Below are positions 8,225 through 17,154 of a DNA stretch of 64,000 nucleotides, in pieces. Position numbers and translations under genes: made by a program. How positions within the stretch are numbered: position 1 is the first letter of the stretch; each line of letters begins with the position of its first letter. Source of the DNA: a phage. The notes under the pieces are model-generated. The model made no database searches, had not been told where the DNA came from, and worked only from the letters and a program-made list of their open reading frames with translations. The stretch lies in the sequence record OZ346219.1; one strand, written 5' to 3'.

Positions 8225-8684
8225 CTCGTTTTGTTAAACGTTCACGAATATCATTGAGGATACTACAAAATTCCGATTCAGTCAATATAGTCTTTAACGG
8301 ATCAGTTCCACCTATACTATGACGTAATTTCTTATTTCCGGTAGCGAGTAATGCTTTACAAAATTCTGGGTTATTCCGTGCCATCGTAACAAATGCCAGA
8401 TGCACCAGTCTGTAATAATGCTCACTCATTCGATGAATCGGGCGACCCTGAAAATATAACAGGTGATTCTCAATCTTTTCAGTTCTTCCGGTTCTTTTTG
8501 CTTTGCCACCGTGCATCAAAAAGATTTCTCTTTGTCTCTGAGGGTTCTTAAATCTTAGCCCCTGTAAAAATCCTTCTGTGCTGTTAATATCGCAACCAAA
8601 TAAACGGAATGGTCTTTTATTGAAATTACTCAATTCACCCGATGGATAAGGTCCACCCGCATAGATATCAATTTCAGAAGTCAT
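8205..8684 (-). CDS. NADAR/YbiA-like domain protein
   Basis: IDIYAGGPYPSGELSNF...STEGFLQGLRF...ALLATGNKKL resembles YbiA/NADAR signature (FY..G.FSNF...SEHYFQA.KF...LL.T). Confidence 0.5.
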   Translation of the reverse strand: MTSEIDIYAGGPYPSGELSNFNKRPFRLFGCDINSTEGFLQGLRFKNPQRQREIFLMHGGKAKRTGRTEKIENHLLYFQGRPIHRMSEHYYRLVHLAFVTMARNNPEFCKALLATGNKKLRHSIGGTDPLKTILTESEFCSILNDIRERLTKRGENVNS

Positions 8685-8859
8685 TGAAACTAATCTCGCT
8701 AATCAGAGAGAACGGATCATAATCGTCATTAGGAATATCGATAGTAATCGAATGAGGATTTACCCATACACCAAACTGGTCTTCTTCGGTGAATACTTCG
8801 GTATGGATTTCGTGGATGTTTACATTCATAGTTTTCATAATAAATTCCTTAATAATCAA
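8674..8859 (-). CDS. hypothetical protein (61 aa)
   Basis: ORF between NADAR-like gene and gene 31. Confidence 0.3.
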   Translation of the reverse strand: MIIKEFIMKTMNVNIHEIHTEVFTEEDQFGVWVNPHSITIDIPNDDYDPFSLISEISFNDF

Positions 8860-8919
8860 TAACTTACAAAATCATATAGCCAAAATATAGGCGGGATTAT
8901 TTCCCGCCGTTTAAAATCA

Positions 8920-9243
8920 TTAACCGTAAACTACCACAATATTCTGTTTGTGCGTTACAGTCCATTTCAGGTCGATCTCTTCTTCCTTCTTAACGCCGTT
9001 AATAACGTCTGGATGAGGAACTTTATTCATCTTGCCATGTGGCAGTAGAACAGTTTTACCCAGCAATTCTTTATCTACCGTCTCGCCAATATCAATAATC
9101 TTACCTACCAGCGGAATCTCGCCCATAGTGCGCTTTTGCTCAATAATGATCCCAATAGAGCTTTTTACTTCTGTCCCTGCGCTTTCTGCTTTAGCTTCAA
9201 TGATCACATAGTCACCAAGTGCTTTAGGAGTTTTAACGGTCAT
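8920..9243 (-). CDS. 31: co-chaperonin GroES-like (T4 gp31-like)
   Basis: 107 aa; GDYVII...NKVPHP resembles gp31/GroES; T4-like position before cd. Confidence 0.7.
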   Translation of the reverse strand: MTVKTPKALGDYVIIEAKAESAGTEVKSSIGIIIEQKRTMGEIPLVGKIIDIGETVDKELLGKTVLLPHGKMNKVPHPDVINGVKKEEEIDLKWTVTHKQNIVVVYG

Positions 9244-9284
9244 AATTTTATTACCTCTTCAAATCAATACAGTTTAATGATGAA

Positions 9285-9605
9285 TTATTTATAAATTTCG
9301 ACGATCTGCGCTGGAGTCAGCCCGTCTACATTAATCAGAGTATCAAGCCCAAAACTACGGAAACCTTCAACTGCAATTTCATATACTGGCAAAGATGTTT
9401 CTGATTCTTTACGCGGTTTTTCAACATTAGGAACTAACCACTTTTCGTATGTTTCAAACGGCATCAGTGCCGGATCTCGCGTGGCGATCATCTCACGGAC
9501 AGTACCATCTTTCTTAGTAAACTGCAAAGAGTGAGTACCGACCGAAAACATTTTCTTTAGTGCTTCACGAAGTGCGATATTATCAACTTGTTCAGTCATT
9601 ATCAA
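9285..9605 (-). CDS. hypothetical protein (106 aa)
   Basis: ORF between cd and gene 31. Confidence 0.4.
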   Translation of the reverse strand: MIMTEQVDNIALREALKKMFSVGTHSLQFTKKDGTVREMIATRDPALMPFETYEKWLVPNVEKPRKESETSLPVYEIAVEGFRSFGLDTLINVDGLTPAQIVEIYK

Positions 9606-10098
9606 TACCCTTCAAATCAGTCAATAATGCTTTTGGAATACGCGTGATCGTAATATCTGCATTATTCAGAATATCAGCCCAATCACGCCCACCATTTCGG
9701 TCATATGTGTCGCAATAGTATAGATGTTTGATTCCACTGTTTGCAATTGCTTTAGCGCAATCTGGACAAGGTGAAGCAGTGCACCACATACTAGCGCCTT
9801 CAATCGATACACCGCTACGGGCAGCAAACAAAATAGCATTTAATTCAGCGTGGATCTCGTTTTTATGTGACCATGCACTATGCTCTGGCCGTTTTTCTGG
9901 GATCATTTTGCCGTCATCATCCAGCCAACCGCTTTTATGTGCATGACAGCTACAATTTACTTGCCCTGCTGGAGTGCCGTTAAATCCAGTAGAAATGATT
10001 CGCCCGTCTTTTTCAATTAGTGCGCCTACCTTCCACGAAACACATTTAGAGTTCTTTGCGATTAGATAGGCGATCTGCATGTAAGTTTGTGACAACAT
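9592..10098 (-). CDS. cd: dCMP deaminase
   Basis: 168 aa; cytidine/dCMP deaminase zinc motifs HAELNAI and PCPDC. Confidence 0.9.
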   Translation of the reverse strand: MLSQTYMQIAYLIAKNSKCVSWKVGALIEKDGRIISTGFNGTPAGQVNCSCHAHKSGWLDDDGKMIPEKRPEHSAWSHKNEIHAELNAILFAARSGVSIEGASMWCTASPCPDCAKAIANSGIKHLYYCDTYDRNGGRDWADILNNADITITRIPKALLTDLKGIDND

Positions 10099-10119
10099 AA
10101 TATAATCCTCACATATTAA

Positions 10120-10323
10120 TTAACCGTATACGCGAAAGTATTCTACTGATCCGTCGCTATACTGTTTTACATTGAATGTATTCACGCCATGATCATTGCT
10201 CATAATGACATACACACTGCGACGCTCATCACTAAACGGGTTAACTGGTGCTGGTTCAATTTCAACATTAAAACCACGTTTAGCAAGTGCTTCGCCTAAT
10301 TTCTTGAGTTTATCGGTAAACAT
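10120..10323 (-). CDS. hypothetical protein (67 aa)
   Basis: ORF between pseT and cd. Confidence 0.35.
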   Translation of the reverse strand: MFTDKLKKLGEALAKRGFNVEIEPAPVNPFSDERRSVYVIMSNDHGVNTFNVKQYSDGSVEYFRVYG

Positions 10324-11222
10324 TAAAAGTCTCCGTAGTTAACCTGAAAACATTCTACACCAATTGAGCGATACATGTCAACCACTTGATCACGGTCATC
10401 TACCGCCAAAACAACATGATAACGCGGTGCAATTTCAGAGAAGAAGATCTCTTTCTTCACTTCATGATCAGGACGACGATCATTAGTTTCACGTTGAAAG
10501 TGATCACTCGGTTCAATACCCTGTTCACGCAACCATTGCAGAGTATCTTCTTCGCAAACATCCTCACGCCCTGAGCATGTAATGATACGATAACCATTAT
10601 CACGATACAGTTTAAGCATTTCGACCACTTGCGGACGAGGTTTATCTTCTTTGACCTTTGTCCAGTCAAACGGATGACGACCGCCCTTATCCGCTAATGT
10701 CCCATCAATATCAAAGATCACTGCCTTTGGCAGCATGGTATTCGGTTTGTATACTTCTTGACCCATATATTCCTGCATCAGATAAAATTGGTTGCGCAAA
10801 TGAGAAAGTGGAATTGCTTTCTCACCGCGATAGAAATTACGTTTCTTTAGTGTCTCAAATGATTCATTGAACACTTGTTCAGTATACACCGCGTTAAATT
10901 CTTTTGCAAGTTCTTTGTAGAATACACGATGTTTTTCTTTCAGGTTGGTATCAGAGATAATGATACTTAATCCGCGTGATAGAGTCTCACGAGCAATCAT
11001 TCTCTGAATAGACTCTACCAGCTTTTCTTTTTCCTTAGTATACTTGTATTTCAAATGTGAGTCAACACCAAACAACATAAGACGAAGATCATCACGATTC
11101 ACATTACGATAATTACTAAACCGTTTACATGTTTCCATCGCCCATGTAGTTTTACCGGACCCAGAACAACCAACGGTTAAAATCACTTCACATTTCGGCA
11201 TTATTTCTCCTTCGGTTTGCAC
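10323..11222 (-). CDS. pseT: polynucleotide 5'-kinase/3'-phosphatase
   Basis: 299 aa; N-terminal P-loop GCSGSGKTT and C-terminal HAD phosphatase motif VIFDIDGTLAD. Confidence 0.9.
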   Translation of the reverse strand: MQTEGEIMPKCEVILTVGCSGSGKTTWAMETCKRFSNYRNVNRDDLRLMLFGVDSHLKYKYTKEKEKLVESIQRMIARETLSRGLSIIISDTNLKEKHRVFYKELAKEFNAVYTEQVFNESFETLKKRNFYRGEKAIPLSHLRNQFYLMQEYMGQEVYKPNTMLPKAVIFDIDGTLADKGGRHPFDWTKVKEDKPRPQVVEMLKLYRDNGYRIITCSGREDVCEEDTLQWLREQGIEPSDHFQRETNDRRPDHEVKKEIFFSEIAPRYHVVLAVDDRDQVVDMYRSIGVECFQVNYGDF

Positions 11223-11533
11223 CGTTCCTCATTAAGTTCTTTTCGATAATAACACATGATCAACTTACTTTCAAGTGTATATCTCTTAATATCCGCAAGC
11301 CAGACTCTGAATTTTTGGGAGTCCTCCCACGACATAGAAACTCTAGGTTTACCGTCTATTGTATCCACTTTCAGGTCAATGTCAACTTTTTCTATTGGTG
11401 CTGGTAGTGGAGGATGTAATTTCGGTTCCTGTGAATAATGGTCCATTGTACACGAAGAAAGCGCAAATACAATAGGCAAAGCGAAGACATGGATTATGGA
11501 GGTCTGAAAATTCTTATGTGCTTTCTTAAACAT
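11201..11533 (-). CDS. putative o-spanin (outer-membrane lipoprotein)
   Basis: Start trimmed to Met41: MFKKAHKNFQTSIIHVFALPIVFALSSC (signal peptide with lipobox-like LSSC) followed by proline-rich PKLHPPLPAP; T4 pseT.2-like position. Confidence 0.5.
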   Translation of the reverse strand: MFKKAHKNFQTSIIHVFALPIVFALSSCTMDHYSQEPKLHPPLPAPIEKVDIDLKVDTIDGKPRVSMSWEDSQKFRVWLADIKRYTLESKLIMCYYRKELNEERCKPKEK

Positions 11534-11649
11534 CCAGTGTATCACGAAAATTGAAAACACCATCAGGATAATAATGCTTGCACCTATCCACAGATAATCA
11601 ACCAGATTAAAATTGCTTATCTGCTCTTGTGTAGGCAATATTTCTATGC

Positions 11650-11973
11650 TCATTTAGTAGCCTCCTTTAATTCTTCGGTAAACTCCTTAAATGAATCATT
11701 AAGCTGTTTCTCTACCAACTTTGGTTTTTGTGCTACTACATAGCCTCGTGTAGCGTCTTTCATTGCTTTGTTTTGTTCTTCCGCAAACTTAGTTCTTATT
11801 CCATACATCTCCTTTTGTAGTGAGTCTACGACCTTCATCTTTTCATCGGTCTTTTTCTTATACTCTGTAAATTCCTGATTCAGTCGATCTACCTCCTTTT
11901 TATTTTCCCACCACATATTACCACCTACCCCTAGCAACACAGAGATGATAACAATGTATATCAGCTTTGACAT
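11650..11973 (-). CDS. putative i-spanin (inner-membrane anchor plus coiled coil)
   Basis: Start trimmed to Met18: N-terminal TM segment LIYIVIISVLLGVGG then K/E-rich helical region; T4 pseT.3-like position. Confidence 0.5.
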   Translation of the reverse strand: MSKLIYIVIISVLLGVGGNMWWENKKEVDRLNQEFTEYKKKTDEKMKVVDSLQKEMYGIRTKFAEEQNKAMKDATRGYVVAQKPKLVEKQLNDSFKEFTEELKEATK

Positions 11974-11986
11974 ATTACCCCCAACG

Positions 11987-12011
11987 ACAAAAGGCGGGGA
12001 ACTAGCCCCGC
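11987..12011 (-). terminator. terminator-like hairpin after rnlA
   Basis: Minus-strand GCGGGGctagttCCCCGC followed by CTTTTG; intergenic if i-spanin starts at 11973. Confidence 0.4.
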
Positions 12012-12017
12012 TTATTA

Positions 12018-13187
12018 TTACCAATCAATCTTATCAGCCGGAATAAGTTTCTTATAATTCCGTAGATAGTAAGTTTTCATTGAATCCAGAATACGGTCAT
12101 AATCAAGACCATCAAATGCAATCATCAGACACATGAAAATATATGCTTGTGCATCACCATGTTTACGTGATTCGATAGTCGCATTTGATGCATATGTCTT
12201 TCTGTCTTCTCCCGCGTGTGCGTTATAAAATTCTGTTGCTGTCGTGAAGGCATTGCGAAGAATAGACCTGAATGCTTCCTCGAATAGCTCGATTCGTTCC
12301 AGTGCTTCCGGTTCGCCTTCATATGCAGCACGCAAATCATCGGTTTCGCTTTCTACGACATAGTAGATCAGGTTATTAGGAAACATCGATGTGTTTTTAA
12401 TGTTATGCACACCAATATACCATTCACTCTTCACTTTGAACATTTGACCGTCTTTAGTGCGTGCAACAATTCCTTCGATACCTTCTGCGGTCCGAACTTC
12501 ATCAAGAATATTGCTAAAACGCGCTGAATCAACCTGTAACGCATTTACCAGATGAGGACGTAGGATTGCGTCAGAAAATAGCATTTGATGCGGTACGTAC
12601 TCTCCTGTGACGTTATGGCGTACATTCAGAAGTGTTAGCGACGGTTCAGAATATTCTACAACAATTCGGTTGCTGGGCGCTGTATATTCAAAGTTGAAAG
12701 TATAATCAGACCCAATATCAGCAATCTTAGCGCGTAGATCCGCATACTTCTCTGAATACAGAAGACCGTTTGCTCTCTCTGCCTGGCTTGAGTACAAGGC
12801 CGCTTTAGACTTCAACTGAACATAGCCGTTATCAATGTAGGTGCTTACTAGACTACCGTCCATTTTGTCCATGACCATTTCCACATCTTCCGGCTTAAAG
12901 CGAGCGCGATCATTCTCACCCAAATTAAAAAACTTCTCCATAGGACGAGATGCAATGCGGACAGGTCGGTCTTTATCATCGATTTCAAACATGATCCCGC
13001 GACACTCTAACGCATCTGGTTTATTCCACATTTCCGGTTTGCTCAAGTACAGATAACTAAAAATGCGCATACGGGTTTGCATCGCCGTAATTTCATCTTT
13101 GTAATAGAACGTATCAGATCCGTCACATAGTGCCATCAGATTTTTGAACAATGCTAAAACTTTTTTGTTGTTTTCTTTTGTTGACAT
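12018..13187 (-). CDS. rnlA: RNA ligase 1
   Basis: 389 aa; T4 Rnl1-like length and position after denA. Confidence 0.8.
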   Translation of the reverse strand: MSTKENNKKVLALFKNLMALCDGSDTFYYKDEITAMQTRMRIFSYLYLSKPEMWNKPDALECRGIMFEIDDKDRPVRIASRPMEKFFNLGENDRARFKPEDVEMVMDKMDGSLVSTYIDNGYVQLKSKAALYSSQAERANGLLYSEKYADLRAKIADIGSDYTFNFEYTAPSNRIVVEYSEPSLTLLNVRHNVTGEYVPHQMLFSDAILRPHLVNALQVDSARFSNILDEVRTAEGIEGIVARTKDGQMFKVKSEWYIGVHNIKNTSMFPNNLIYYVVESETDDLRAAYEGEPEALERIELFEEAFRSILRNAFTTATEFYNAHAGEDRKTYASNATIESRKHGDAQAYIFMCLMIAFDGLDYDRILDSMKTYYLRNYKKLIPADKIDW

Positions 13188-13584
13188 AATTTGTGTTCCA
13201 TTCTGGTTTAAATTTGGTGATCAAAACAGGTTCTTCGATATCGGCAGTGCTTATAATATCCTTACCCGTTGGATTCTCAATATATAACTCAAAGCACTGG
13301 CGGTAATAGAATGTTACTGTCTTACCTTCCTCTAGCGCCTTATGAATATTCTTACTCTTGCGAGTATCCGCTGTTGGTGTTTGTCTGTTAATGCTAGTCC
13401 GGTAATAATTGATCCGCTTTCTGAGATTGACAGTCTGACCAATATATACCAGTTCATCATCAACAACAATAGCGTAAAGAACATTTAAACGGTTCTTCTG
13501 AGGCGGCAGAATCACATCACCATCTTTACACTCTAAACATGAATATTTAACGAATCCATAGTTTTCTATTAGCTCATTAATCAT
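13123..13584 (-). CDS. denA: endonuclease II (GIY-YIG family)
   Basis: VLYAIVVDDELVYIGQTVNLRKRINYYRTSINR closely matches the T4 DenA GIY-YIG core; 3' end overlaps rnlA start. Confidence 0.8.
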   Translation of the reverse strand: MINELIENYGFVKYSCLECKDGDVILPPQKNRLNVLYAIVVDDELVYIGQTVNLRKRINYYRTSINRQTPTADTRKSKNIHKALEEGKTVTFYYRQCFELYIENPTGKDIISTADIEEPVLITKFKPEWNTNYVNKRKQQKSFSIVQKSDGTM

Positions 13585-13634
13585 TATCCTTTCCTCACGT
13601 CACAACAAAGGCGGGATTTCTCCCGCCCGCCTTA

Positions 13635-14033
13635 TTAACTTTCCAGAATATCGCGAGCTTCGTTACGCTCCTTGATGATTTTCAGGACAAATTCCAGTTT
13701 TTCTTTGTTCAGCGTTCCATTTTCCATTGCTTCTTTGACGGTAAACACTCCGCCACCTTGCCCGTATACAGTGACAGTGATTTCACCTAACATCGTGGTA
13801 TGAAAACCGCCAATTTTCGGTGATTCGAAAGAAACAATTACCTCGCGAACAGTATTACCGTCGTTGATTTCTGAGAGGGTAATGTCGTTTTTGTAGGCGG
13901 TTGCTTTAACCATACGGATCAGCATAGTCTGATCTGGGGAGATGGTCATTTTGTCCATTGCATGTTGCAATGCAGCGTAACCGAAAACTTTAACGAAGTC
14001 CAGAACATCTTTGCGAGTTTGAAATTTAATCAT
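13635..14033 (-). CDS. hypothetical protein (132 aa)
   Basis: ORF behind promoter cassette 14067-14095. Confidence 0.45.
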   Translation of the reverse strand: MIKFQTRKDVLDFVKVFGYAALQHAMDKMTISPDQTMLIRMVKATAYKNDITLSEINDGNTVREVIVSFESPKIGGFHTTMLGEITVTVYGQGGGVFTVKEAMENGTLNKEKLEFVLKIIKERNEARDILES

Positions 14034-14066
14034 CTTGATACTCCTTAGTTGTTTTGGTATGGGAGT

Positions 14067-14095
14067 ATCTTACTACTCCCGTGATATGCTGTCAA
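14067..14095 (-). promoter_or_regulatory. early-type promoter cassette with palindrome across the -10
   Basis: TTGACA, 17 bp, TAAGAT; GGGAGTAgtaagaTACTCCC. Confidence 0.55.
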
Positions 14096-14104
14096 CTGCT
14101 TTTT

Positions 14105-14254
14105 TTATGCAACCGCAAACATCAACATTTGAACATTCTTGGCTGTCTGGCTTTCAAAGTTCTGACATTCTTTGATAATGTCCTCTACTTTCTCGCCGGA
14201 GATCTCCGCGTAAGTTTCGATTGCCATTTTCAGTACCGCGTCAAAGTTGTTCAT
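14105..14254 (-). CDS. small hypothetical protein (49 aa)
   Basis: Hand-called ORF (MNNFDAVLKMAIETYAEISGEK...) behind promoter cassette 14293-14321; below ORF-track size cutoff. Confidence 0.3.
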   Translation of the reverse strand: MNNFDAVLKMAIETYAEISGEKVEDIIKECQNFESQTAKNVQMLMFAVA

Positions 14255-14292
14255 TTGATTCTCCTTAAAGTGTATTTCGTTTCGATGGGGGT

Positions 14293-14321
14293 ATATTACT
14301 ACCCCCGTTTCATGCTGTCAA
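14293..14321 (-). promoter_or_regulatory. early-type promoter cassette with palindrome across the -10
   Basis: TTGACA, 17 bp, TAATAT; GGGGGTAgtaataTACCCCC. Confidence 0.55.
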
Positions 14322-14540
14322 CTACTTTTTAATGACAAGTTCGAATTTTGCTACCTTGCGTCCTCGTTTATTGAAAGCAACCCACGGACGGTTTTCAATG
14401 TAGAACAATTCTTCGCCAATAATGAATACTGGCTGATTGTAAAGGCGACCCATCAGGTCACGCTGGCGAATGGTAGTAGATTCGTATACTTCGCCTACTA
14501 CAAAGTGTTTGCTGATAGAGTCGGTGCAAGTAAATTTCAT
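14322..14540 (-). CDS. hypothetical protein (72 aa)
   Basis: ORF behind promoter cassette 14574-14602. Confidence 0.4.
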   Translation of the reverse strand: MKFTCTDSISKHFVVGEVYESTTIRQRDLMGRLYNQPVFIIGEELFYIENRPWVAFNKRGRKVAKFELVIKK

Positions 14541-14573
14541 TTTGATTCTCCTTTGTTTCGTTTCGATGGGAGT

Positions 14574-14602
14574 ATCTTACTACCCCCGTTATTCAGTGTC
14601 AA
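14574..14602 (-). promoter_or_regulatory. early-type promoter cassette
   Basis: TTGACA, 17 bp, TAAGAT; imperfect GGGGGTAGTAAGATACTCCC element. Confidence 0.5.
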
Positions 14603-14609
14603 CTACTTT

Positions 14610-14828
14610 TTACTTGTTGTATTCATTCCACCACTGGGTGAGCTTATCAATTATTTTTGTGTTTCTATCCAACTTCTCCCACCGTTTTCTAGGGTTTATC
14701 AACCGGAATAGGTAAGGTGTACTTGTTAAGTGAACTCGGTCAATGTAGTGATTGATATACTGCTTTTCAATTCTAAGTTTCATCTTTTTACGATGAAAAT
14801 ATGCAATGACTTGTTCTTCTGTTTCCAT
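14610..14828 (-). CDS. hypothetical protein (72 aa)
   Basis: ORF behind promoter cassette 14853-14881. Confidence 0.4.
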   Translation of the reverse strand: METEEQVIAYFHRKKMKLRIEKQYINHYIDRVHLTSTPYLFRLINPRKRWEKLDRNTKIIDKLTQWWNEYNK

Positions 14829-14852
14829 ATGTTCCTCCGTTTCGATGTGCGT

Positions 14853-14881
14853 ATTATGCTATGGCAAGATCAGATTGTCAA
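14853..14881 (-). promoter_or_regulatory. early-type promoter cassette
   Basis: TTGACA, 17 bp, CATAAT. Confidence 0.5.
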
Positions 14882-14889
14882 CACCCAAT

Positions 14890-14918
14890 AACAAAAAAGT
14901 CGCCACTATGGGCGACTT
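14890..14918 (-). terminator. intrinsic terminator after HAD-like gene
   Basis: Minus-strand AGTCGCCcatagtGGCGACT followed by TTTTTTG. Confidence 0.55.
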
Positions 14919-14928
14919 TGAACAAACA

Positions 14929-15405
14929 TTAATCATGACCGTGATTTGCAATATCCGCTCGCGTCTTATCTTTGTGATTTCCTACGTCAAAGACACGATA
15001 ACCATTTTCACGCAAAACTTTAATCACTTCTGGGTTATCCTCAAAGACTCCGACAACTTCATCTTTATCAAAGGATTTAATTACCTCTAATTTGATGTGA
15101 TAATCTTTACGGGAATCGGTACGGCCTCTCATAAAGATTTTATCAAAACACACCCCGTTAGAAATTAACCAATCAATTGTTTCCATGTAAGCATGTGAAC
15201 TTCGTCCGGTGAGGATGTAAATCAAATGCCCGTTGTCGGAAAGAGCATTGATAACACGGATTACATCGTAAATGGGGGAATCTCCCCCACATGCCTTGTT
15301 ATATTCGATCCATGACTCGACTTTATCAAGATTTTCGGTTGGCATCTTTGCTAGTCGATGCGTTGGATCTGTGATCGTAAAATCTAAATCGACAAAATAT
15401 ATCAT
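14929..15405 (-). CDS. HAD-superfamily phosphatase-like protein
   Basis: N-terminal FVDLDFTIT (DxDxT) motif; 158 aa; 4-nt overlap with nrdB stop. Confidence 0.55.
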   Translation of the reverse strand: MIYFVDLDFTITDPTHRLAKMPTENLDKVESWIEYNKACGGDSPIYDVIRVINALSDNGHLIYILTGRSSHAYMETIDWLISNGVCFDKIFMRGRTDSRKDYHIKLEVIKSFDKDEVVGVFEDNPEVIKVLRENGYRVFDVGNHKDKTRADIANHGHD

Positions 15406-16562
15406 AGATATTTCCCGAATCGGTTGTAGTCATCGTCTGTTAAATCGGTATTAACCTGAGATACCAGATACATAATCTCTACTTCCTGCGCCGCGTTTTG
15501 AACTTCGTCAGAGTTCAACCATTTACGCATCCACGGTAACGGATGACGACGAACACTAAACGGGCTTTTCAGTCCGGCAGCACGCATACGGGAATCTGCC
15601 AGGTATTCTACATAGGTTTTCAGAATTTCCGGTGACAGGTTAGGAATTGCCCCCATTGCGAATAGGTGGTCTACCCATTCTTTTTCTTGCTCGACAACAT
15701 CCAGAAAGATTTTCGTTGCTTCGTCTTCAAGTTCTTCCGCAATCTGTTTCCACTCATCACCATCAGCCCCCGTTTGCCATTGACGAATAATGTATTGTGT
15801 GCCTTTTAAGTGAAGTTGTTCATCACGCGCAATAAATTTCATGATCTTCGCGTTGCCTTCCAGTAAACCACGTTCGGCAAAGCTGAAAGTACATGCAAAG
15901 GACACATAAAAACGAATTGCTTCCAGTGCATTGACGCAGTGTGCACACAGATAAATCGAAGCCATCAGATCTCGTTTTGTATCTTCAAAAAATCTTCTTG
16001 CATCATCTAATGCTGTCTGGTCGTCTCGTTCTTCCCAATAGCGGAGATCTTCTTTTGCATTCTCATACTTACGAATCCAATAAAGAACATCATCATAATA
16101 TTTCCCGATAGATTCCGCTCGCTTCATGATAGCAGGGTTATCGATGATCTGGTCGAACTCACTAGCCGGATCAATGAAACAGTTACGCATAATGTGTGTA
16201 TAGCTTCGGCTATGAATCGTTTCGCTGAATGTCCATGTTTGCAACCATGTATCGAGAGTTGGATCAGATACAATTGGACCAAATGCTGCGGACGGTGCGC
16301 GACCTTGAATAGAATCAAGTAATGTCTGATACTTCAAGTTTTCAGTAAAGAAACGCTTTTCAACGTCACCCATATTAAGATATTGAATGCGGTCGGTTGC
16401 AAGTGAAATTTCTTCGGGGCGCCAGAAAAATGACAATTGCTTTTCGATCAGTTCTTCAAATACTTGATGACGCTGAATATCATAGCGAGCGATACCCAAC
16501 CCACTACCCAGAAACATTGGTTCGTTCATAATATCAACATGTTCGCGGTTAAATACGCTCAT
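15402..16562 (-). CDS. nrdB: ribonucleotide reductase class Ia small subunit
   Basis: 386 aa uninterrupted ORF of NrdB length; paired with nrdA. Confidence 0.9.
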   Translation of the reverse strand: MSVFNREHVDIMNEPMFLGSGLGIARYDIQRHQVFEELIEKQLSFFWRPEEISLATDRIQYLNMGDVEKRFFTENLKYQTLLDSIQGRAPSAAFGPIVSDPTLDTWLQTWTFSETIHSRSYTHIMRNCFIDPASEFDQIIDNPAIMKRAESIGKYYDDVLYWIRKYENAKEDLRYWEERDDQTALDDARRFFEDTKRDLMASIYLCAHCVNALEAIRFYVSFACTFSFAERGLLEGNAKIMKFIARDEQLHLKGTQYIIRQWQTGADGDEWKQIAEELEDEATKIFLDVVEQEKEWVDHLFAMGAIPNLSPEILKTYVEYLADSRMRAAGLKSPFSVRRHPLPWMRKWLNSDEVQNAAQEVEIMYLVSQVNTDLTDDDYNRFGKYL

Positions 16563-16577
16563 TAATTCACCTCACTA

Positions 16578-16745
16578 TCACTTTTTAACACAAAAGAACT
16601 TAGTATTTCTGTTAACTTCGATATCCTGCTGCAATTCCTGCACAGCTTCAAAACAATTTTGATGTGATGAAAACTCTACGCTGGTAACAGTTCCTTTATT
16701 ATATGATCCTACGCTAACGGAAAGCAATAACCATAATGTAGCCAT
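16578..16745 (-). CDS. small hydrophobic-N-terminus protein (55 aa), tandem paralog
   Basis: Hand translation MATLWLLLSVSVGSYNKGTVTSVEF...FFCVKK; start overlaps upstream stop as TAATG. Confidence 0.35.
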   Translation of the reverse strand: MATLWLLLSVSVGSYNKGTVTSVEFSSHQNCFEAVQELQQDIEVNRNTKFFCVKK

Positions 16746-16918
16746 TAGTTCACCTTTTGTTTTTCAACGCAATATAGATTCATAAAGCGTTTATTGTCTT
16801 CACGGATAATCTCGCGAGCTTTAACGCAATCCTGCTTTGTTGCAAACTCAATGCTTGACATATTTCCGTAATTATACATTGAATTGCTGATTGCAATCAA
16901 TAACCATACAGTAGCCAT
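16745..16918 (-). CDS. small hydrophobic-N-terminus protein (57 aa), tandem paralog
   Basis: Hand translation MATVWLLIAISNSMYNYGNMSSIEF...LYCVEK; TAATG overlaps both sides. Confidence 0.35.
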   Translation of the reverse strand: MATVWLLIAISNSMYNYGNMSSIEFATKQDCVKAREIIREDNKRFMNLYCVEKQKVN

Positions 16919-17085
16919 TATTCGACAACCTCAAAGCATTTATCATCAGGAAGAATAGCCCATTCTATGCCGTATTCATCCTCAACGTAGTAGCAAGTCC
17001 CGTCATGTCGAGCATCATATACATCACCAACAACAAAGCTATCAGCTAGCTCAAAATCTACAGCAACACATTTTAATTTGGTCAT
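16918..17085 (-). CDS. small hypothetical protein (55 aa)
   Basis: Hand translation MTKLKCVAVDFELADSFVVGDVYDARHDGTCYYVEDEYG...; behind promoter cassette 17118-17146. Confidence 0.35.
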   Translation of the reverse strand: MTKLKCVAVDFELADSFVVGDVYDARHDGTCYYVEDEYGIEWAILPDDKCFEVVE

Positions 17086-17117
17086 AATAAAATCCTCACT
17101 TGTTTTTTGATGGTTGT

Positions 17118-17146
17118 ATTATAGCGGGGATTTCTCCCCGCGTCAA
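17118..17146 (-). promoter_or_regulatory. early-type promoter cassette with spacer palindrome
   Basis: TTGACG, spacer CGGGGAGAAATCCCCGC, TATAAT; precedes the three-ORF small-gene operon. Confidence 0.55.
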
Positions 17147-17154
17147 CACTTATT

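Noticed and set aside
15402-16562. Group I intron in nrdB as in T4
   Set aside because: nrdB is an uninterrupted 386-codon ORF of normal NrdB length; no intron-sized gap.
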